Part shown: one piece after another, positions 20,301-29,824 of the stretch
Layout: the number at the start of each line of letters is the position of its first letter
Numbering within the stretch: the stretch's first letter is position 1
Assembly: GCA_003707115.1 (NCBI GenBank)
Contig: PPNB01000001.1
Span: forward strand, 496,001-560,000
Source of the DNA: Tortispora ganteri
Lineage: Eukaryota
Direction of reading: 5' to 3'
DNA: 64,000 nt
Program-made: the position numbers and the translations under genes
The notes under the pieces: model-generated
Seen by the model: the letters and a program-made list of their open reading frames with translations, nothing else
Database searches by the model: none
Told to the model about the DNA's origin: nothing

Positions 20301-21226
20301 GGAAGCTGCTCAAGAAAGTCGCTGCTGAACGTGGAAATGAGCTAGTTGCGGAAGACTATATGGACGATGGAACAGTTATCAAGCTGAAAATCACCATCTC
20401 CGAGGAAGCGGATATTCTAGGGGCGAAGAAGGCTGCTGTCTTTGATTTTGAGGGAACCGGGCTGCAGGTGTATGGTAATACCAACGCGCCAGTTGCTGTG
20501 ACGTATTCTGCTATTATATACTGTCTGAGATGTCTTGTATCTCTGGATATTCCATTGAACCAAGGCTGTCTTTCGGCCATTGAAGTTCAGATTCCACCAG
20601 GAAGTCTGCTGTCACCTGGTGAAGGCGCGGCTGTTGTAGGCGGCAATGTTATGACATCGCAGAGAATCACAGATGTGATTCTCAAGGCGTTTGATGCTTG
20701 TGCTGCTTCACAAGGCGATTGCAATAACTTGACATTTGGTGTTCCTGCCAATAAAGAGAAAGGTTTAGACGGATGGGGCTATTATGAGACTATAGGAGGA
20801 GGCGCAGGAGCTGGTTCACACTGGAAAGGAGCAGATGGTGTACACACGCACATGACTAACACAAGAATGACAGACTCCGAGATTATGGAACGGCGATACC
20901 CAGTTATTGTTGAGGAATTTAGTCTCCGAAGAGGTTCAGGTGGGTCAGGCAAATTCCGCGGTGGATGTGGCATTCGGCGCAGGCTGAAGTTCATGCAGCG
21001 TGATGACGAAACTGTGATCTGCAGCATTCTTTCAGAGCGACGCGTAAATCAGCCGTACGGTCTCCATGGTGGAGGTCCTGGCAGTCGTGGCTTGAACCTT
21101 TGGATAAGAGGATCTGACAACCGTTCAGTGAGCCTTGGCGGCAGAAACACGGTCAGAATTCAACCAGGAGATATTGTGGAAATAAACACTCCCGGGGGTG
21201 GCGGGTATGGTACTACTAATGATTAA
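17387..21226 (+). CDS. OXP1: ATP-dependent 5-oxoprolinase
   Basis: IDRGGTFTD, SGPAGG, DMGGTSTD and hydantoinase B-type C-terminal half; 1279 aa. Confidence 0.95.
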   Translation: MIRIAIDRGGTFTDCIATKEGEPDFILKLLSVDPSNYDDAPREAIRRVLEHFTHRKISRHDKLDTSEIESIRMGTTVATNALLERKGERCALLVTKGFKDLLEIGDQSRPDIFDLEIHKPEVLYEKVIEIDERVTLVDYAEDPLKLKTLATDGLVEGVTGETLKVLRAPDLNQVRSILTQLKQENFNSIAICFMHSYAFPDHEKQVAQVAEELHIPYITMSSKLMPMIKIVPRANSAVADAYLTPEIEKYTKGFISGFKGLLGVGSSTRCEFMQSDGGLVDMGSVSGLRAILSGPAGGVVGYALTSFDEDVRKPVIGFDMGGTSTDVSRFGDGKFEHVFETTTAGITIQSPQLDINTVAAGGGSRLFWQNGLFVVGPESAGAHPGPTCYRKGGPLTVTDANLVLGRLVPEMFPKIFGPNENEGLDIAASLSEFEKLTTRINNDMRAQGLAEKSIYEVALGFIKVANEAMARPIRSLTESKGYDIPSHRLATFGGAGGQHAVAIARSLGVSEVLVHKYSSILSAYGMALADVVEENQEPSSGVYSDETASHYDERLKALCALGEKSLLAQGFDMQHIEHELYLNMRYKGAESALMIGQPPAGTSYTEAFIERHRNEFGFIFPGKDIIVDDIRARSIGKAEYRKEKSADKQLESISFKEVDGALASEIADVFFDCGFAKTPIYYLSDLSKGTVIRGPAIVADKTQTILIEPGSSAHILETCVYITLKERNAKQDDTNFDKVEIDPVLLSIFGHRFMAIAEQMGRSLRKTAVSTNVKERLDYSCALFDADGGLVANAPHVPVHLGSMSTAVRTQAEIWKGKLEPGDVIVSNHPNTGGTHLPDVTVISPSFYDGQILFYVASRAHHADIGGILPGSMPPSSKELYEEGAALLSEKIVHKGKFDEDRIRELFLEEPAKYPGCSGSRRFADNLSDLKAQIAANHKGIALLEGLMHEYGLTTVSSYMKAIQENAEMAVRKLLKKVAAERGNELVAEDYMDDGTVIKLKITISEEADILGAKKAAVFDFEGTGLQVYGNTNAPVAVTYSAIIYCLRCLVSLDIPLNQGCLSAIEVQIPPGSLLSPGEGAAVVGGNVMTSQRITDVILKAFDACAASQGDCNNLTFGVPANKEKGLDGWGYYETIGGGAGAGSHWKGADGVHTHMTNTRMTDSEIMERRYPVIVEEFSLRRGSGGSGKFRGGCGIRRRLKFMQRDDETVICSILSERRVNQPYGLHGGGPGSRGLNLWIRGSDNRSVSLGGRNTVRIQPGDIVEINTPGGGGYGTTND

Positions 21227-22541
21227 TAGTCCATATAACACCTGATTCGGTTCTCCTACTCTCCGTGAGCTGCGGCCTAAAAGTACAAATGCAAGGCTTT
21301 AGCTATAATCTATGACGATTTTGACAGAGTCGATGCAGAGACAATGTTAGATGCAATGGATTTCAAAGGCACCGATCAAGCTCATTTTCTTTCTCATAAA
21401 AACAAGATTTAGATAAAAATGTAGCTGACATTTACAATAAACAATTGCGGCGTATAAATAGACGCTCTTGATATTATATTATTGCTAATAGATCTGCATA
21501 ATAATTTACTGCATTTGCACATCCGACTTTGGATGTTATTAACGTCACTTATAAGGCACAGAAAGATTTAAAAAGAGTCATACTAAAACCTACGCATGTT
21601 TTCATGAGGATCGCTTAAACAAAAATTTAATAGTGCATCTGAATGGAGATACATATCATAAGTTATGTAGAGCATAAATGGTAAAGTTTCGCTTAAATAC
21701 AAATTGACCAATAGAAAGGACCCGCTCACCTAATACAAATGTCGTTAAAAAAAAAGCCAATCAATAAAGAAAAATCAAAGGTTAAGGTTTTGCTTACTTG
21801 TAACCAATCAAAGAGGTTGAAAGTCGGGGTAGGGTTTTTGGTTTTGCTGTGTTCAGCCAATAAGGAGCAGTATTTGTGCACTTGCCCCAGATCTTATTCA
21901 CCCATCATTACTATCATTCACATTGACTGTTGGATTAGTGCAATGTATGTTGAATACACCAACGCGTTCCATAGTATGCATTAACTAAATCTGAGTAAAT
22001 TTAGTTAAAGAAACGATCAGGTAAGGTATATACACAACTAATTACTTATGAATATTCTTTTTACGGTATGATAAAGCAAGCCCGACTATATTTGACACAT
22101 GAAACCTTACTCATGTGTCAAACCTTTTTGTGCTTTAGTATTACGAGGCTGGTTGCAGAGGTTTGCCTGTTGCTAGTACAATTCTGGTGAACGTGCGAGT
22201 TATTCTACAATGAGCAAGTACAAACAGAAAGCAATAGGATAGTACTGGATTTTAGATAATCAAATGTTAAGGAAAGACTGTCTAGAAAGGCGTCGCACAG
22301 CGGCACGAGTGTTAGAAACATAATTTACGAAATCAGCCAGTGTCCGAAGTGCGCAAGTTAATAAATCAAACGAGTGTAAAAGTAGCAGCAAAGTAAAGCA
22401 ATTGGAAAGGAATATAAAGTAAAGAAAGAGAGTCGATCCTAAAAGTACAAAAAAGAGCGCGGGAACAGGATTGGTATAAGACGTCGGTCAACATGCGCAA
22501 TCATGCTGAACCGCATCATTCTGTTAAGAGTCATTAGCACT

Positions 22542-22847
22542 CTATATTAAAAACAAAGCCAAAGCAATTACTCCAGAAAGAGATTCAGCAACTACTTCGA
22601 GTCTGCTAGCACCGGACAAATGAGTGTAGGTCGGTTGAGCAGTTGTATTGGTGCTAGATGCCAGCGCTGTAGTAGAGCAATGACAATCGGTAAATGTAAG
22701 AGTGCTCGAGACAGAAACATCGTATGTCTGGGGATTGACGCAGGCAGTAGTAGGCTCTACGCAGTATGTTTCGTGGAAAGTGTATGTGTCGGTGATCATA
22801 CTCTCAGCTGCAGCAACTGCACCTAAAACAATACCTATAAGCTTCAT
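22542..22847 (-). CDS. Small GPI-anchored cell-wall protein, Ccw12/Sed1-like
   Basis: Signal peptide; TYCVEPTT...TLTFTDCHC motif; Thr-rich; hydrophobic GPI-signal C-terminus. Confidence 0.8.
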   Translation of the reverse strand: MKLIGIVLGAVAAAESMITDTYTFHETYCVEPTTACVNPQTYDVSVSSTLTFTDCHCSTTALASSTNTTAQPTYTHLSGASRLEVVAESLSGVIALALFLI

Positions 22848-23100
22848 CGTACCAGTTATACAGTATTATAGCAAATAAAACAGTAATAAAAAGATAGAGG
22901 GAATAAAAAAATATAGAACAGATTTATATGGGGCGACAAGATTCAATCTTCCTTATATCTTTTCGAAATGGCTGGCAAACCTTATTTTAGATAGAGTTTG
23001 CCAGCCAGGTCATGATCTAGTGACTAATCGGCTGTCAAGCTTCATTTTTTGAGATACAAAAATTAAGTTGCCGATTTATTGGCTAAATACTAAAATGTGA

Positions 23101-23110
23101 CTATAATTAG
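23101..23110. promoter_or_regulatory. Rlm1-type MADS-box site upstream of the cell-wall gene
   Basis: CTATAATTAG matches CTA(W)4TAG, about 250 bp upstream of the ATG at 22847. Confidence 0.45.
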
Positions 23111-23235
23111 ATATAGAGCCGTAACCGGAATAGCATGAAACGAAAGTGAAGTGCGGCTGTCATCCTTATTAAGGATAAGCTTTTACATACCAAATAAGAT
23201 ACAGATAGCATAGATATATTACTTAAGTTTCTCCG

Positions 23236-24666
23236 TTAGTACTGAGATACCCACTCACGTACGCGTTTACCCATTTCCAAAATTTCAGAGTCTTCAGCAA
23301 TAGCGGCTTTAAATGCGCGAAGACGAGCAGAAGCAGTGGTCTTCACAGTCGGGTCAGTCTTGTTGGCTAATACGGATGCCACTCTGCGAGAATGCTCGAT
23401 ACCTTCTACTAGAAGATCGGCAACACGTTCAAACTCTTTAGGACCAAACCCACGAGTAGTCATAGCAGGAGTGCCAATACGGAGGCCGCCAGGAGTGATG
23501 GCAGACTTGTCGCCGGCAACAGTGTTTTTGTTTGTAGCGATATTAGCAAGATCCAACGCAGCCTCAACGCGCGCACCGTCAATAGGGTTAGCTCCCTGCT
23601 TCAAATTCAGAAGGAGGAGGTGGTTGTCGGTTCCACCAGAGACCTGTGAAACGCCTAACTGGCTAAGTCTCATGGAAAGGGCCTGGGCGTTCTCCAATAC
23701 CATTTTCTGATACTCGACGTAATCAGGAGCAGAGCACTGGCCTAGAGCAACAGATAATGCAGCAATAGTGTGGTTATGGGGTCCACCTTGGTGAGCAGGA
23801 AACACCGAGAAGTCTATCTGAGGCATGATATCTTTGCGCGCAAAGATCATAGCACCACGTGGGCCTCGAAGAGATTTGTGAGTGGTAGTAGTAACAATAT
23901 CGGCGTATTCAAAAGGCGAAGGGATGACACCAGCGGATACGAGACCTGCAATATGAGCCATGTCAGCCAGAAGATATGCACCGACAGAATCAGCAATTTC
24001 ACGAAAACGTTTGTAGTCCAAAAGACGAGAGTATGCAGAAGTTCCGGCGATGATGACTTTTGGTCTGAACAGCTGGGCCGAGCTAGCCAAGGCGTCGTAG
24101 TCGATCAGCTCGGTGACAGGGTCGAGACGGTAAGGCATAGTAGTGAAATACTTCGAAACGTACGAGATTTTCTTTTTTGGTGTCTGATAGCCGTGGCTGA
24201 GATGACCTCCATGCGGAAGATCGAGACCCATTACGCGGTCGCCGACTTCGCAGATGGCAGAGATGGCCTCCAAGTTGGCAGGCGATCCAGAAAGAGGCTG
24301 AACATTCACACCCCAAGATTCTGAATCAACTTTAAATGCTTTGAGAGCACGGGCCTGGCACAGACGTTCAGATTTGTCGATGAACTCGTTACCACCGTAG
24401 TACCTAGCGCCCGGGTAACCTTCAGAATATTTGTTTTGCATCTCCGATCCGAGGGCATCCATGACAGCGCGCGATGTGAAATTTTCGGACGGTATGAGCG
24501 TCAAAGACTCCTTCTGACGCTTTTTCTCATCTTCGATAATAGCGTACATTTCAGGATCAGAATCTTTCAAAGATGGGCCAAAGGCAGTTCCTGGTTGCGT
24601 GGAGTAGGCCATTGCCGAGGTTTTTGGGCCAATTCTTGCCAGAGACCAGCGTATTGATGAAAGCAT
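23236..24666 (-). CDS. SHM1: Serine hydroxymethyltransferase, mitochondrial
   Basis: [38 protein letters not shown] motif; N-terminal presequence. Confidence 0.93.
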   Translation of the reverse strand: MLSSIRWSLARIGPKTSAMAYSTQPGTAFGPSLKDSDPEMYAIIEDEKKRQKESLTLIPSENFTSRAVMDALGSEMQNKYSEGYPGARYYGGNEFIDKSERLCQARALKAFKVDSESWGVNVQPLSGSPANLEAISAICEVGDRVMGLDLPHGGHLSHGYQTPKKKISYVSKYFTTMPYRLDPVTELIDYDALASSAQLFRPKVIIAGTSAYSRLLDYKRFREIADSVGAYLLADMAHIAGLVSAGVIPSPFEYADIVTTTTHKSLRGPRGAMIFARKDIMPQIDFSVFPAHQGGPHNHTIAALSVALGQCSAPDYVEYQKMVLENAQALSMRLSQLGVSQVSGGTDNHLLLLNLKQGANPIDGARVEAALDLANIATNKNTVAGDKSAITPGGLRIGTPAMTTRGFGPKEFERVADLLVEGIEHSRRVASVLANKTDPTVKTTASARLRAFKAAIAEDSEILEMGKRVREWVSQY

Positions 24667-24737
24667 GATCAGGATCGAAATAGAGATAACAAGTTCTGGT
24701 CAATTGAATGCTCTTCTGATTCAGGAGTGGTAAAAAA

Positions 24738-24766
24738 AGGGTAGGGTAGTAAGAATTTGGTGACTG
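24738..24766. promoter_or_regulatory. Homol-E (AGGGTAGGGT) plus Homol-D-like (GGTGACTG) pair in the SHM1 promoter
   Basis: Exact AGGGTAGGGT at 24738-24747; GGTGACTG at 24759-24766. Confidence 0.5.
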
Positions 24767-24853
24767 TACAGGTTTTTAGACCGCACCCAAAAACCTTAAT
24801 ATTAGAGTTTTGTCAATTTTTGTGTAGTTCTGGTGCGCATCACGAGAGAGCGG

Positions 24854-25618
24854 TCAAAGCGGCAGATCGCGTACTTCAGCTGCGACCTGGACGCGGACGG
24901 CGTTGGTAAGATCGAGCGTATATGGGAGCGGGGATGGCGCCTGCTGCTGCGAATCAGCTGTGAGCAGCCAGGGAGTTGGGGAGGCCAATGTAGAGGTAGT
25001 GATGGCGGCTGCAGAGTTTGGCGCGGAATACGCGGACACGTCGTAGGGGAAAATGAGCCTGGCAGGGTTAGAATCGTTTAGCGCGGGTTCAGCGTATACC
25101 ATGACCAATCTGTAAGAGTACTGCGAGCCATAGGATGCCTCGGGGCCTATTATGCGGTTTGATCCCGACAGAGTGCCTGAACTAAGGACGACCATGGGAG
25201 ACAAGACAAGGATTGCAGCTTTGGAGGTTGCGGCGATCTGGGAGAAGAGCTGCTGGAGGTTTCTAGAGTGTTTGATTCTGCGGAATACGCGGAGGTCATC
25301 TATGATGATGAGATTGTAAATGTACTTTGAACGCAATAGTTCTTGCAGCGCTGCGACGAGAAGTGCTGCATTATGACAATGCATGTGCCTCGTGTAGAAC
25401 TTGACATTAGTGAGCGTAGTTGTGATGAGCAGTACGGATTTGTCATGTTGTATGAACGATTTCGCGATTTGACGCGCTAGTGTTGATTTTCCAACGCCAG
25501 GCGGGCCAGACAATTCGTAGACAGCAGACTGTTGAATACCACCCTTGAGAAGATTGTCGAGATTATTTGACAATGTAGATACCTTTTTCTGCCGCACAGC
25601 GTCAGCTAATGTTTGCAT
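24854..25618 (-). CDS. Rad51 paralog, Rad55-like RecA-fold ATPase
   Basis: LDNLLKGGI, Walker A GPPGVGKST, Walker B LIIIDD; first ATG at 25618. Confidence 0.75.
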   Translation of the reverse strand: MQTLADAVRQKKVSTLSNNLDNLLKGGIQQSAVYELSGPPGVGKSTLARQIAKSFIQHDKSVLLITTTLTNVKFYTRHMHCHNAALLVAALQELLRSKYIYNLIIIDDLRVFRRIKHSRNLQQLFSQIAATSKAAILVLSPMVVLSSGTLSGSNRIIGPEASYGSQYSYRLVMVYAEPALNDSNPARLIFPYDVSAYSAPNSAAAITTSTLASPTPWLLTADSQQQAPSPLPYTLDLTNAVRVQVAAEVRDLPL

Positions 25619-25657
25619 AGATGTTAGTGAGATGGGAAGATAGAATTCGACACACAC

Positions 25658-26022
25658 ATGGATGTAAGTAGGATTAACTTGCCACTATTAATCAGTGCTA
25701 ACGAGAATAGAAATTACAAGAGGCTATAAGTACGAGTGCAATTGCGCTCAAACAGCTGAACGACCAACTGAACGGTCTGGAGAGAGAAATGCGTATGGTC
25801 GAAGCTACTAAGTCACAAATTGCAGAGTTGAAGGATGGGAACATCTATATGGCCCGTGGCAAGGCATTTGTACCTACAACACGAGACGAAATAGCGAAAC
25901 AGCTAGATGATCAGAAAAATGGTATAAAGGAAAGGATTGAAATCCTCAACAAGAGCAAAAACTATCATTCGACAACTCTTACAAATGCGCGGGCGACCCT
26001 CGAAATGGCTACTACCCAATAA
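25658..26022 (+). CDS. PFD1: Prefoldin subunit 1; exons 25658-25663 and 25711-26022
   Basis: 47-nt intron 25664-25710 (GTAAGT...GCTAAC...TAG) gives MD|KLQEAIS...; beta-prefoldin hairpin IYMARGKAFV flanked by coiled coils. Confidence 0.8.
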
Positions 26023-26087
26023 TGTTGGTTGGACCTTAGTACTCCCTACGTATAACATAAGTGCAATCCAACTTTAACTTGTCCACA

Positions 26088-26600
26088 ATGCCACTACAAT
26101 CGCAGAAATCTAATGATCTTAAGATAAGGCCGAATGAGTCACTGGCAGAATTTAGTAGACGAGTAGACCAGGCGTTGCCGCTTGTAAAACCGCGAAAAGA
26201 GAAAAGTGTAAGAAAACTACTCGAAAGACAGAATTTGCCGACAGATCGTTCGAATCGAAATGGCAAGAAAAATAAGAAAAACAAGCAAACAGCTCAGAAC
26301 GGCACTAGTCGTACCAATACATCTGAAGACTCTGATTCAGACGAATATCATTCCCGTAAAAGGAAAAGAAATAGGAAAAAACACAAAAGAGAAAAGTCTC
26401 CAGATCCATGGTCAAAAATTAAAGCAGCTCCATCTAAATTCAATGAAGTTGCAAGCGAACCACCTACACTACATGCCCCCGTTAAGCAATTATTAAATGT
26501 ACCTAAATCCTCTGGCGCACCATCAAGAAGAATCCAGCTAAATGACGAACGAGAAAAAATTATAGCTCATTTTAGGTCAAAAAAGTACGACTCAGTGTAG
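26088..26600 (+). CDS. Basic nuclear/nucleolar protein, possibly CCDC137-like
   Basis: LKIRPNESLAEFSRRVDQALP, SPDPW and Lys/Arg-rich tracts; start uncertain (first ATG at 26088). Confidence 0.65.
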   Translation: MPLQSQKSNDLKIRPNESLAEFSRRVDQALPLVKPRKEKSVRKLLERQNLPTDRSNRNGKKNKKNKQTAQNGTSRTNTSEDSDSDEYHSRKRKRNRKKHKREKSPDPWSKIKAAPSKFNEVASEPPTLHAPVKQLLNVPKSSGAPSRRIQLNDEREKIIAHFRSKKYDSV

Positions 26601-26603
26601 TTC

Positions 26604-29240
26604 TCACAATCCTACACTTTGCAACGTCTTCGTGTACGCTGAACCAAGTATTCGACTATTCTCAAAAATCCGTTCATGAACTTTGATGCTCATAATATTC
26701 ATCTTGTATGCTCCTTCAAGCATAGCGCCGTAGCAGAATAGAGCCTCGTTCGTTATGGTAACAGTGCTCTCGCGAAACTGGATAGGCACATCCTCTTTAT
26801 TCTTCTTCCTGTTCCGCAGATTCGTTGTGCTTATTGCAAGTGCAGGTGCTTCAACCAACTCATACAGTTCTAGTAAAACACTCTCCAAGTTTTCGCTGTT
26901 GTACCCCATGTCGTACCCATTATTCAATACTAGCATGGACACAATGCTCTTGCCAATACTGCTGCACCAGCCCGCTAACCATTCCGGATACGCATGCTTT
27001 TCTTCCTTCACATCCTTTACAAGCATTCCCATATTATCTTCTATCTCAGCTAACATCTCGCGCATCAGCCCCTTACTAGAGTCGGTAACCTCTCCATCTT
27101 TCTCAACGTTTCTTGCAATCTCCCATAACAAACTGTACTTCATCAGACCAACTATATCAATAGCTAAACTTTTCACATTACGATCCTCGCTAGTGCGAAC
27201 ATAGTGCAGAGAAAATTTCAATGATTGTAAGTCGTCTTCCACAAAGTTGAGATCCACAATTTCGCTCAAATACCGCGCTCTAACCAACGCGTTATGCACT
27301 CCATCTACGTTATCCGGATCCATAAGTATTTCATGTGCCTTCTGAACCCATGCAACTGTCGACTCAATAAGTCTGCTAAGAGCTGATTCTCCCGAACTTG
27401 TAGTCATTGCTCTGGATCTCATCTGAAGTATCGCATGTGTTGCTGCAGCATAGACGCTGTTATTCTCAAAGCTAATCGGCATCTGACAAATTTTGGGAAA
27501 TATTTCGGCAATCTCTTCAGTCGATAACACATTCGATGGAAGCAGTACTAACATGTTTGACAATTCAACAGCTTTAGCACTACTGTGAGTTATATACTCA
27601 TGCAGAGTCACCTGTTCTTTGCTGATCAAGTTGATAGCAGACGTATAGTCCTCGTTCTCCACTCCTGACCGTTCTACCAAGGCTGTATGTGTTGTGCACA
27701 CTTTAATAAACCCGTTGATGATCTGCAAGAAGTATATTTCATGAGAGGTCTCCGATAAGGTACCGAGAAACTCCTTTGTATGTGTCAATGCGTCCACAAT
27801 AAGGGAAGTCCACGAGAAACTGTCAATGCTCATTTTAATCAGTGATGCCATTGCAAGAGTTGAAACTGTAGGTAACGGCGTATCAATTGGAATTTCAATG
27901 TTTTCACTTTCTTCAAGTGTATATGCTTTCTGGTTTGTAAGCGAGTCAATACGCTCGTGAATATCTGCCAGCAGGCGAAAAGTTTCACGCCAGATACTAT
28001 CATCTGCATCTGAGACACTAGTAAACTGTTCATTGGATGAAAGGAAAGCGCGGGCAGTGGCATCACGAACAGATTCCGAGTCATCAAAAAGCAAATGAAA
28101 GTAATAGTTTTCCGAATGTGGATCAAGATCAGAACTTGTGTATATCTTCGATAAGAGTGAAATAGCAGGGATACGAATGTCATTAAACCCAGCGTCGAAT
28201 GCGCAGCGTAGTATAGATTTTGAGTACAACTCAAGGAGGTCAATTGAATCACTAGAGTCGCTGAATGCATCTTCTAATGCTTCAATTGCTGCCTTTCTTG
28301 CTTCGCGGGCTGGATCAGACAGTCCCCATGCCAGGTATTTGATATTTTCAGCATTGAGAACGTGAGAAGGATCTACCGTCATGCATTTGCCAAGAGATGT
28401 CAAACATGCTGCTCTTATTTTAGGGTCAATGTCGCGAAACCTTAGAGTTAACGCATGATGCAGTATATCATCAATTAATTTATGCAAAACGTCAATGATA
28501 GCTTCATTATCAACTATTTGCTGGCTTGCGGTGGAGCGGGAACCGGAATTACGCGTTTGAAGTTCCAGTTTCTGTTGAAGGTTGATAGTGGTAGACACGA
28601 GACTTGATCTGTAGTAAGCCAGCTTCTCTAACATTCCGAGTATGACACTGGTAGAAACATTTCTAAACTGTCTAACGGAAGATCTGCACATTACTTGCAA
28701 CCATATAAGTACAGAATCCATAAGCGGAGAATCGGGATCAAGTTTCCCTGTCACGTACATTTGGGCGACGAGGTGGGATCCCATATCAGTTAACTTGGAG
28801 GCCGGATAGCGTGGGCTCGCCCGCAAACCCCTCTGTTGAACATGAACTCTAGCTTTTTCAAGTTGCTCTTCGACGAGATCAGAGGATTCGGTAGTTGCAG
28901 AGTCGATTAGTCCCGTATATGGACAGCCAGCTGCCAGCAGAAGGAAATTAGCAAATGTAGTAACTCTGTCGTCCTCTTCAGAATTGATCCATTTCTTTAT
29001 AAGACTAGACCAATTTCTTTTTGTCGCATCAAGAGCCGCTATAAGGTTATTTGCGGGCGCGGAGTCGGATTTGACGATTTGATCATTAGCGACTCGCGCG
29101 TGCACGGTTTTGCGCTTCTTCGTGCCGTAGGTGTGATCGTCATCGTCGTCATCAGCACTCATATCCGCAGCAATGAGGTCTCTACTACGCGTATGGACGA
29201 CCTTGCGCATAGGTATAGAGACATCCGTGACGCTGTACAT
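26604..29240 (-). CDS. STAG-domain cohesin subunit (Scc3/Irr1/Rec11 family), divergent
   Basis: SSVRQFRNVST and RFRDIDPKIRAACLTSLG...KYLAWGLSDPAREAR stromalin-conserved motifs. Confidence 0.8.
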   Translation of the reverse strand: MYSVTDVSIPMRKVVHTRSRDLIAADMSADDDDDDHTYGTKKRKTVHARVANDQIVKSDSAPANNLIAALDATKRNWSSLIKKWINSEEDDRVTTFANFLLLAAGCPYTGLIDSATTESSDLVEEQLEKARVHVQQRGLRASPRYPASKLTDMGSHLVAQMYVTGKLDPDSPLMDSVLIWLQVMCRSSVRQFRNVSTSVILGMLEKLAYYRSSLVSTTINLQQKLELQTRNSGSRSTASQQIVDNEAIIDVLHKLIDDILHHALTLRFRDIDPKIRAACLTSLGKCMTVDPSHVLNAENIKYLAWGLSDPAREARKAAIEALEDAFSDSSDSIDLLELYSKSILRCAFDAGFNDIRIPAISLLSKIYTSSDLDPHSENYYFHLLFDDSESVRDATARAFLSSNEQFTSVSDADDSIWRETFRLLADIHERIDSLTNQKAYTLEESENIEIPIDTPLPTVSTLAMASLIKMSIDSFSWTSLIVDALTHTKEFLGTLSETSHEIYFLQIINGFIKVCTTHTALVERSGVENEDYTSAINLISKEQVTLHEYITHSSAKAVELSNMLVLLPSNVLSTEEIAEIFPKICQMPISFENNSVYAAATHAILQMRSRAMTTSSGESALSRLIESTVAWVQKAHEILMDPDNVDGVHNALVRARYLSEIVDLNFVEDDLQSLKFSLHYVRTSEDRNVKSLAIDIVGLMKYSLLWEIARNVEKDGEVTDSSKGLMREMLAEIEDNMGMLVKDVKEEKHAYPEWLAGWCSSIGKSIVSMLVLNNGYDMGYNSENLESVLLELYELVEAPALAISTTNLRNRKKNKEDVPIQFRESTVTITNEALFCYGAMLEGAYKMNIMSIKVHERIFENSRILGSAYTKTLQSVGL

Positions 29241-29345
29241 AGGGGAAATGCGATCGCGAACAGGTTGGATTGACCAGTAACGCGCCGAAATGGAGGGGGC
29301 CGTGACACAGTCAAAGATCTTAAAGCCCTAGACCCTTTAAACCAA

Positions 29346-29353
29346 TCACGTGA
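29346..29353. promoter_or_regulatory. E-box (Cbf1-type) next to a CCAAT in the divergent promoter
   Basis: ACCAATCACGTGAC. Confidence 0.45.
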
Positions 29354-29824
29354 CATAATCATAGCAACCAAAAGGGCAAAGAAAATGTTAGGTAGTATAG
29401 TAGCAGGGTGGGCGCCGCCGTGTCGTTTTAGCCCAGCTGGATCGAAGGACATAGATTCGATCAAAAGCTTTCAGGCTGAACACAGACAACACCATCAAGG
29501 CAAAGACTGACCTTTTATTGTTGAACAATCGAATAAATTTGCGCTTTCTTTTATAAGACGCAATTGTCAGTTATTGAATAATATCCCGAACGAATTTTTT
29601 GCTTTTGAATTTCCAATTTAACTGCTGCTTGTCTTTGTTTTGACAAGATTTTTTTTTTCCTTCTACTACCTCTATCAACGCAGCATTTCCCTGTTAAAGG
29701 TTCTTAGATACCCGCAAAGAAGTTTAAACAAGTTCTAGACCTCTGCTAGATACTTGAAGTCTTCTATACAATTAATAATTAGCGATTTGTTCTCGAATTT
29801 TTTGCTTAAATTGTTGCTCACATA

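Noticed and set aside
21739..21984. 81-aa ATG ORF in the convergent gap
   Set aside because: Low-complexity and overlaps the CCAAT array; no homology recognisable, though it cannot be fully excluded
22969..23080. Two hairpins with AGATCA between them as an H/ACA snoRNA
   Set aside because: No ACA box after the second hairpin; location fits a promoter
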